Below are positions 10,345 to 16,788 of a stretch of DNA of 64,000 nucleotides, one piece after another. The notes under the pieces were generated by a model, which was not told the origin of the DNA, did no database searches, and worked only from the letters and a program-made list of their open reading frames with translations. Position 1 is the first letter of the stretch. Each line of letters opens with the position of its first letter. Location: positions 640,001-704,000 of the forward strand of contig CAVXRD010000003.1 of NCBI GenBank assembly GCA_963764165.1, read 5' to 3'. A program made the translations under genes and the position numbers. The DNA is from an uncultured Verrucomicrobiae bacterium. Its GTDB lineage: Bacteria > Verrucomicrobiota > Verrucomicrobiia > Limisphaerales > Palsa-1400.

Positions 10345-10590
10345 ATCCTGGCTTCGCGCAATGCGAAGCCGGGGACAGCAAAAATTTCCTCACCCGGTTT
10401 TAGTATTTCCGTTTTCGGCCACTTCCGAGGAACTTTTTCCATTTTCGTTCCTCCCACCAATGGCAGGCACGTCCCCGCCGAGGTGGTTGGATTTGCGCAT
10501 AGATCACCCCTCGGCGAGGCGTCCCTCCCTCCAATTGACTTGATAGAGATCCAAAATAAGGCAAAGTGTCATGCAGGTTCGGCTCGACTT

Positions 10591-10977
10591 ATGAAAAATT
10601 CTTCCAGAATGGTTTTGGCGACGGCGGCGATGGCCGGTTTGTTCAGCGGCGCGGTTCTCTCTCAGAGCTTTGCCGATGGCACTAACACGACGACAAACGC
10701 GATCACCTCGACTAATATTTACCCGGGCAAAGCCGCAACGAAGAAAATGCCGAAAGTCCACGACTGCTCCGGCGACAATGAATGCAAAGGCCTTGGCGGA
10801 TGCAAAACGGACGATCACGGGTGCAAATTCAAGAATGCCTGCAAAGGCAAAGGCGGCTGCGCGCTGACGAAGGAAGACATTGAGGGCTGGATCAAGAAGC
10901 AGAAGGAGGAAGCCGCCAAGAAAGCCAAGGGCGCGGACGCCAAGAAGCCCGCCGATCCAGCACCACCTGCCAAATAG
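10591..10977 (+). CDS. Secreted Cys-rich peptide resembling bufferin (BufA2-type) precursors
   Basis: Signal peptide, then CSGDNECKGLGGC...CKFKNACKGKGGC (two NxCKGxGGC units) and a Lys/Ala/Pro-rich tail. Confidence 0.7.
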   Translation: MKNSSRMVLATAAMAGLFSGAVLSQSFADGTNTTTNAITSTNIYPGKAATKKMPKVHDCSGDNECKGLGGCKTDDHGCKFKNACKGKGGCALTKEDIEGWIKKQKEEAAKKAKGADAKKPADPAPPAK

Positions 10978-11097
10978 AGGGACTCACGCGGGTCGATAGT
11001 GGTCAAAACTACTGCCTTTGCCCCTTCTCCGGTTTATTGACACAACATTGAGGCTTTGCCCCTATAGCGTGGGCTTCTTCGGGGGCTATCTTATGGC

Positions 11098-11277
11098 ATG
11101 AAAAAGATACTCATACTTCTTGCATGCGTTATCGCTTCCTGGGGGACCACTGGATGCATAGTAGACGATCGCGGCGGCTGGCACCATCATTGGCGCGGCC
11201 AAGTGACGCCGGAACGTCCAGTGGTTGAGGCGCCAGCGGCGCCGGCGGCTCTTGCGGTTAACCAGCCGGAGCCTTAA
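11098..11277 (+). CDS. Small lipoprotein (59 aa) with WHHHW motif
   Basis: Manual translation MKKILILLACVIASWGTTGCIVDDRGGWHHHWRGQVTPERPVVEAPAAPAALAVNQPEP; lipobox-like TTG-C; absent from the ORF track. Confidence 0.7.
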   Translation: MKKILILLACVIASWGTTGCIVDDRGGWHHHWRGQVTPERPVVEAPAAPAALAVNQPEP

Positions 11278-11319
11278 CGGTCAACGAACTTGCGCGGCAA
11301 CGCGCAACCGGAGGGCAGA

Positions 11320-12849
11320 TTAGTCGACAGTCGCCCCAAAAACGGCTGTCTTAACCTGGCCCTCCGTTTTTATTTGCACCCAGAGGGTGTAATTGCCGGG
11401 GCTGGGGAATTCGTAGGGCAGAGAAATGGTGGATGAGGCAGCATCCGCAGGCTGAGGGCCGCACCAGGGGTCGGTTTCAGAATGTGTCGCGATTGGAGCT
11501 CCAGCCTTTGCTTCAGTCACGATATTTGATTCAAATAAATACTGCGCCGCCATCGAGAAGTTTCCTGACGGATGCAGATGAGAGAATACTTTCCCGTCCG
11601 ATTTCACCACCGCAGCGTGACTCATCATGCCCATGTAGGATTCCAAGCGGAGAGGACGCCCGTTTGAATCGAGCGCTTGAAAGGTGAGGCCCGCTTTTTG
11701 GCCAGCGCGCAATTGGCTGTGCGCTTTCCAAACGATCTTTGTTCCCCCCGCAAGTTCCCTCGCATTGTCGCCGCTGGATTCTGGAAGGCTCGATTGGCCG
11801 TCGGCGACCCAGGAATCGTCGGGATCGGGTTGCAGGCCCCTAGCGGAAATGGGAGGGATGGGAGAAAGGGGAGGAAGGTGAATGAAGTTTGTGGCGGTTG
11901 AGCTGAAGCCGGTGGAGAAGGTGAGGTCGCAGAAAATTTCGTAATTGCCCTCGGGTAATGGCGGAAGCGCGACTTCAAAATTGGTGGCGTCCTGGCGGAT
12001 CGGATGAAGGTGGGCGAACGCGTGCGGCTCGGCCTGGCCAACCATGAACAGATGCATCAGTTTTCCGTGATCGGCGATCAGCTCCAGCGGCCCTCGCCTC
12101 CCTAATTTCGTATCGCCAACGCCTAGATGCAAAATCCTCTGCGACTCGTTGGTTGCCATTGTTGCGGAAATCTCCGGCCAGCCGCCCTCGATCAGACGAG
12201 CGCGAAAATCCGATTCCTCGGAATTCCACCAATTCCGGCCACCCACAACCGCAAGGACGATAACGACCAAGGCGATGGCTGCAGCGGTCCAATATCTTCT
12301 CCGCTCGCGCGCGCCGGGGGACGCTCCGGCGGGAAGCGCGCTCTCGCCCGCGGCGGCGGCCACAATCGCGATGGCGCCGCAAATCAACACCAGCCCCAAC
12401 ACCGTCAAGATGTTTCCCAGAATGGGGGGCAATGGAAGCTGGGCGCGGGCGATGGAATTGACGGGAACTTCGATCATGCCATCACCCGATTTGCCATGCA
12501 CCCGAACCTGAATGCTGTAGGCGCCACTTGTCATCAGCCAAAGTTCGCCTGAATAAATTCCCGCCTCCCGATCCATACATGGAGCCGTTTCCGGCGGGGG
12601 CGCGTTGCTGACGGCGATTCCCGAGGCGAGCGGAACGAACGAAACCTCCAGCGGGTCCTTCGATTTAACCTGCACGATGATTTGTGCCTGTCCCGGCACG
12701 ACTCCCGGCATCCGAATGGCAATGTGCTCCGTCCACGGGCCAACCGGGCCGTCGAAAAAAACATCGGGGCTTCCGACGTGCGCCCGCGCGACAAGGCACA
12801 ATGCCAGCGTCAACAATAACGCCAGAAAGCGCCACAACTTCCACTTCAA
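11320..12849 (-). CDS. Membrane-anchored periplasmic His-rich putative metal-binding protein with PmoB-like architecture
   Basis: TTG at 12849 overlaps the upstream TGA; signal peptide ending ARA|HVGSPD; 2 central TM helices; two C-terminal domains each with MH/SH...HLHP. Confidence 0.8.
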   Translation of the reverse strand: MKWKLWRFLALLLTLALCLVARAHVGSPDVFFDGPVGPWTEHIAIRMPGVVPGQAQIIVQVKSKDPLEVSFVPLASGIAVSNAPPPETAPCMDREAGIYSGELWLMTSGAYSIQVRVHGKSGDGMIEVPVNSIARAQLPLPPILGNILTVLGLVLICGAIAIVAAAAGESALPAGASPGARERRRYWTAAAIALVVIVLAVVGGRNWWNSEESDFRARLIEGGWPEISATMATNESQRILHLGVGDTKLGRRGPLELIADHGKLMHLFMVGQAEPHAFAHLHPIRQDATNFEVALPPLPEGNYEIFCDLTFSTGFSSTATNFIHLPPLSPIPPISARGLQPDPDDSWVADGQSSLPESSGDNARELAGGTKIVWKAHSQLRAGQKAGLTFQALDSNGRPLRLESYMGMMSHAAVVKSDGKVFSHLHPSGNFSMAAQYLFESNIVTEAKAGAPIATHSETDPWCGPQPADAASSTISLPYEFPSPGNYTLWVQIKTEGQVKTAVFGATVD

Positions 12850-14024
12850 CGCCGCACCTTTCTCATCCACCCGCCGAACAACAAGCCAAGCCAGCACATG
12901 GCCGAGGCAAGCGCCAGGCCGATGGCAAGCCCTTCAAAATTCATCGGGCCGCCGCCCTGCCAGTATTCCTTGATCCAGCTCCCCGCGTGATTGCTGTAAC
13001 CCCAAATGCGGTCGCTGACGAAAAACCAATTGTCCGCCCATGCTGAGAGCAGGAACTCCGAAAAGAACCATTGCGCAGGAACGAAAATGACCAGGAACAC
13101 CGCCGCCAACAGCATCGCCGATCCAACCCGCCGCAAACCTGTGCTGTTTTGAATTCGCGGCAGGAGCAAATCCATCGCAATGGCAGGGCACACCAGCAAC
13201 AAAGGGAACGGCAGGGCGACCATGTGCGTCACCGGATTGTAGATGGGAGCCAATTTCGGCTGGGCCGGGAACAGCGGCAGCACCCAGCACATCAGGCATT
13301 CAATGAGCATGTAAATGGCCGCCACGCGGGTGACCGGCCACGAGGTGCGCGCAGCCCGGCCGATGGCCACCAGGCGGAACGGAAACGTCAGCGCGCAAAC
13401 TTCGACGAACATGGCGCTGTGCTGTTGATTTGGAAAAATATATTCGAGAACAAACACACTGGCGAGGACTTGGAACACGCCGCCCGTCCAAATAAACAGC
13501 ATGCTTCCGCCGCCGCCCTCCATATGATTCTGGCGGCTTAACACCAGCAGCAGCGCCCCCAACGTGATTCCAAACATTCCCAGGCCAAGCAAGGCATGCG
13601 GCGGGCTGATGATTTTCACATCCAGCCCGTAGGCGTTGTGCCACCAGTTGTCGAACGGGCCGGAACCAAGCATCGCCATGGCGCCCCAAATGCAGACCCA
13701 CGCCCCAAGCGGAGCGCGCGCGCCAAACACCCGGACCGCCGATTCCCTCTCTTCCGGCGTCGCAAAAAAAGTATATTTGACTGCGAGCCAGCCGCCGACG
13801 CAGCCGCCCAGCGCGCCGCCCAAATAAATCACCATGTGCGCGGGCGTCCAAAAAGTGTCGCGCCCAATGGTCTCGTGCCATGAAATATCCCAGATGATTC
13901 CGACGGCAATGCAAGTGGCTGCGAACGCCAGAGCCAGAGCGGGCCATAGTGCGGGAGTCCGGACGCGAACTTCGGCTGCTGTTTCGGTGGAAACAAACGA
14001 AGAATCCAGAGCGGTGCTTTGCAT
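12846..14024 (-). CDS. Polytopic membrane protein with PmoC/AmoC-like metal-site motifs and PmoA-like C-terminal half
   Basis: DISWHETIGRDTFWTPAH and DNWWHNAYGLDVKIISPPH; roughly 9 hydrophobic segments; ATG at 14024. Confidence 0.75.
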   Translation of the reverse strand: MQSTALDSSFVSTETAAEVRVRTPALWPALALAFAATCIAVGIIWDISWHETIGRDTFWTPAHMVIYLGGALGGCVGGWLAVKYTFFATPEERESAVRVFGARAPLGAWVCIWGAMAMLGSGPFDNWWHNAYGLDVKIISPPHALLGLGMFGITLGALLLVLSRQNHMEGGGGSMLFIWTGGVFQVLASVFVLEYIFPNQQHSAMFVEVCALTFPFRLVAIGRAARTSWPVTRVAAIYMLIECLMCWVLPLFPAQPKLAPIYNPVTHMVALPFPLLLVCPAIAMDLLLPRIQNSTGLRRVGSAMLLAAVFLVIFVPAQWFFSEFLLSAWADNWFFVSDRIWGYSNHAGSWIKEYWQGGGPMNFEGLAIGLALASAMCWLGLLFGGWMRKVRR

Positions 14025-14120
14025 AATTTGCGCGCGGAAGAACACAACAACGTTCTGTCAAACTATTCACTGACGAACACGGGGCATTTTCCAACGAACA
14101 GACGGCGTGGTCAATGAATT

Positions 14121-14222
14121 TTCCCGGGGCGCGGCTGTGTCGAAGAGCCGCTGCGGATTAAAGATGGGAGGCGCCCTGGAAAAGAGCGCCGCTGCGTCTT
14201 CGGCACTGCCGCGCCCCGGGAA
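14121..14222. repeat. REP-like inverted repeat, family B (degenerate copy)
   Basis: ttcccggggcgcggctgtgtcgaaga ... tcttcggcactgccgcgccccgggaa; similar to 54902-55086. Confidence 0.8.
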
Positions 14223-14331
14223 TAGGCAAACAGCCTGTCAAAGAAGTGGTACTTCCACCCATTGGACTCGCGGAAATTAAATGAGAGGTTGGGTCAGGTC
14301 AGAATTAAAAAATAATAACAAAAGGATCCTT

Positions 14332-14628
14332 ATGACTCGTTATGAAACTCCGAATGCCATCCGCAACGACGCACGCACTCTGGCTGATGACGCCCGCGCG
14401 TTATTGGAAGCAACCTCTGAAATCACAGATGAAAAAGTAGCGGAAGCCCGCGAACGCCTGAACGAAGCGCTGGCGGCTGGCAAACAAGGGTTTGCCCGCT
14501 TGCAGGAACGCGTCAGCGAAAGCGCGAAAGCCGCTGACCAGACCATTCGCTCCAATCCCTACCAATCGCTCGCGGTTGCCTTCGGCATCGGCGCGTTGCT
14601 CGGATATCTCGTCTCACGCCGCGACTAA
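14332..14628 (+). CDS. DUF883 / ElaB-YqjD family tail-anchored protein
   Basis: LADDARALLEAT...IRSNPYQSLAVAFGIGALLGYLVSRR signature. Confidence 0.92.
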   Translation: MTRYETPNAIRNDARTLADDARALLEATSEITDEKVAEARERLNEALAAGKQGFARLQERVSESAKAADQTIRSNPYQSLAVAFGIGALLGYLVSRRD

Positions 14629-14637
14629 TCTGCCGCC

Positions 14638-15027
14638 ATGGACGAAACAGCCACGCCGTTGAGTGATATCAAATCGATCTCCAGGCGCATGGTCGCGCGG
14701 GCGCTGCACCTGGGGGAGAATCGTTTGCAACTTTTGCTCCTCGAGGTTGAGGAGGAACGGGAAAGGCTGCTGCACGCTTTAATTCTAGCGTTGGGAGCAG
14801 CGGCCTTTGGATTGCTCGCCGGCGTGGCTTTGACTGCTACCGTTTTAGTGCTGTTTTGGCCGACACACGCGATTGCCGCGATGTCGGCCTTGACGTTTTT
14901 TTATTTGGCCATGGCCGCTTTTCTCGGCGCAAAATTGAGCAAGTTGCGCCGCGAATGGGAAGCTTTCTCTGGATCGCTCAGCCAACTTAGAAAGGACTGC
15001 GCATGCCTGGCAGAAACTCTTCACTAG
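14638..15027 (+). CDS. YqjE-like (holin-like) membrane protein
   Basis: RLQLLLLEVEEERER, 2 TM helices, LSQLRKD; follows DUF883 as in yqjD-yqjE-yqjK. Confidence 0.85.
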   Translation: MDETATPLSDIKSISRRMVARALHLGENRLQLLLLEVEEERERLLHALILALGAAAFGLLAGVALTATVLVLFWPTHAIAAMSALTFFYLAMAAFLGAKLSKLRREWEAFSGSLSQLRKDCACLAETLH

Positions 15028-15308
15028 CCGCCCTCAACACCCGCAAGCGGCTTCTGATTCTTGAATCAGAAGTGCATCGCGCCCAGTTGGCCCAGGACTG
15101 GAAGGACCTCCACGGCTGCGTTGGGGCACTCCGGGAAAAAGCGAAGCCGGTCGGGAAAGCTATTTCCATCGCCGGCATGCTGATTGCCGCGGCGACGGCT
15201 TACAGCCGAATTCGCCACGGCAAGGGATCGCTGCTGTCCCGGATATTAGCGAGCGGTTCCGTTCTTACCACTATTTTCAAGTTTGCCGGGCGCATGGGCG
15301 CTCGCTGA
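15003..15308 (+). CDS. YqjK-like protein
   Basis: RKRLLILESEVHRAQL motif and operon context. Confidence 0.7.
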   Translation: MPGRNSSLAALNTRKRLLILESEVHRAQLAQDWKDLHGCVGALREKAKPVGKAISIAGMLIAAATAYSRIRHGKGSLLSRILASGSVLTTIFKFAGRMGAR

Positions 15309-15587
15309 AGCGGGATTTCCAGCGGGCTTTTGGCGCAGGGCGTGTTCGGCCTTGAGCCAGTTTTCCGCGTCACGCCCTTCGACACAGCCGCTTTCCACGT
15401 AAATTTGGGCCGCCAATTTGGCGATTTGCTCATGTGTGGGCTGCGCGGTTGCCGTTGTGGGTGCAGACGAACTTGTCGTCCCGGAGGAAGACGCAGCGGC
15501 GGCTGGGGTGGTATCAGCGGGCCGGGTCTTTGATGATTTGCCAGCCGGCTTGGCAGCCGGGGCGGATGTTGATGTCATAGTTGCCAT
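15246..15587 (-). CDS. DUF2934 domain protein
   Basis: EQIAKLAAQIY...GRDAENWLKAE motif after a low-complexity N-terminus. Confidence 0.85.
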   Translation of the reverse strand: MATMTSTSAPAAKPAGKSSKTRPADTTPAAAASSSGTTSSSAPTTATAQPTHEQIAKLAAQIYVESGCVEGRDAENWLKAEHALRQKPAGNPASASAHAPGKLENSGKNGTAR

Positions 15588-15645
15588 AAGGGTAAAAATT
15601 TAGCATCCATCCCCTAACCTCAAATGGGGAAAACTACCCAAAATT

Positions 15646-16788
15646 CTAATGCACCGGAGGCACCGTCGCCGGCGGAACAATCGAAACGCCGCTGCCAACG
15701 GGAATGAAGATTCCCGCCGCGCCGCTCGAAGGCTGGGCGATCTGGCGGGTGCCGGCGTTGATGGCCGCCGAGCTGACGAACGTATCCAACGCGACTTCGA
15801 TATAGTGATCGAGATACCGGTAGGGCGAAAGCGGCACGTAAACAATATCCCCCGGCGCGAGCGCAACATCATGCGCCTCGCCTCGGACAACCTTCTTGTA
15901 ATCCACCAGCGTCAAATGCGGCTGAGACAAGGAGCCGTTCACCACCGCCACATGCGATAAATACGCGCCCTTCAACGTGCCATAAGCCCCAGCGATGGCT
16001 CCCGCCAGCGTCAACCCTTTTTGGTAAGGAACCAATCGCGGCTCCGTCACCGCGCCAAGCACATAAACATCCCGCGCCACGGACGATGGGAAATAAATAA
16101 AATCGTCGGGCTCAAGGTAAATATTCTGCGACAAGTCGCCCTCGGTCAGAAGTTTTTCAAAATCAATCGGCAGGCATTTCCCGTTGCGGACGACAAAGCT
16201 GTGCGACAAATCCGCCATCTCCTGGCCCACGCCAGCCGCTTCCTGGTCGCGATACGAAGTCAGGCTCATCGTGCCGCCCGCAATGGAAATGGCCTCCAGC
16301 AGCGTCATCGGCCCGTTGTTCATTGGATACACGCCAGGCGCCTGAACGCGTCCGAGAATCCAAACCCGGCGGCTCGCGACCTCGCGCAGGATGAGGGACA
16401 CCTTGGGCGGTTCGCGCACGAATTGGGCGAAGTTCGTCTCAATGAGCGATTTTGCCTGGGCAAGCGTTTTGCCCCAGACTTCCAAGCCGGGCAGCAGATC
16501 AAAATAAATTTTCCCGTCCGGTGCGACGATGGTTGTCGCCTTGGAACCGGCCTCGCCCAGCACTTCAATCTCCACCTTGTCACCCGGCCCCAGGGTGTAC
16601 GGCTCCTGCGGCGGCTTTAACATCGAGGGGTCCGGGTGATTGGTCCTCACAAAATCAGCCACCACGCCCGATGGAACCGCCGGGCCTTCAACCTTGCCGA
16701 GTTCCCCGTGCTGGCATGCTGTCAAACATAACGCCGCGATGCCTGCGGAAAATCCCGCCCAATTCAACCGAGTCCGCCCGTTTTTCAT
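15646..16788 (-). CDS. Polysaccharide export lipoprotein (Wza/OPX family, SLBB domains)
   Basis: Lipobox LTAC; YTLGPGD...VAPDGKI...GKTL; SLBB repeats; ATG overlaps the upstream stop. Confidence 0.92.
   Translation of the reverse strand: MKNGRTRLNWAGFSAGIAALCLTACQHGELGKVEGPAVPSGVVADFVRTNHPDPSMLKPPQEPYTLGPGDKVEIEVLGEAGSKATTIVAPDGKIYFDLLPGLEVWGKTLAQAKSLIETNFAQFVREPPKVSLILREVASRRVWILGRVQAPGVYPMNNGPMTLLEAISIAGGTMSLTSYRDQEAAGVGQEMADLSHSFVVRNGKCLPIDFEKLLTEGDLSQNIYLEPDDFIYFPSSVARDVYVLGAVTEPRLVPYQKGLTLAGAIAGAYGTLKGAYLSHVAVVNGSLSQPHLTLVDYKKVVRGEAHDVALAPGDIVYVPLSPYRYLDHYIEVALDTFVSSAAINAGTRQIAQPSSGAAGIFIPVGSGVSIVPPATVPPVH

Noticed and set aside
10189..10590. N-terminal extension of the Cys-rich protein to 262 aa
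   Set aside because: It overlaps the RRM gene and its terminator; the signal peptide begins at ATG 10591
12846..14024. Calling this a true pmoC/amoC and inferring methane or ammonia oxidation
   Set aside because: Similarity is limited to motifs seen by eye; there is no separate pmoA and no sequence-recognisable pmoB, so function cannot be assigned
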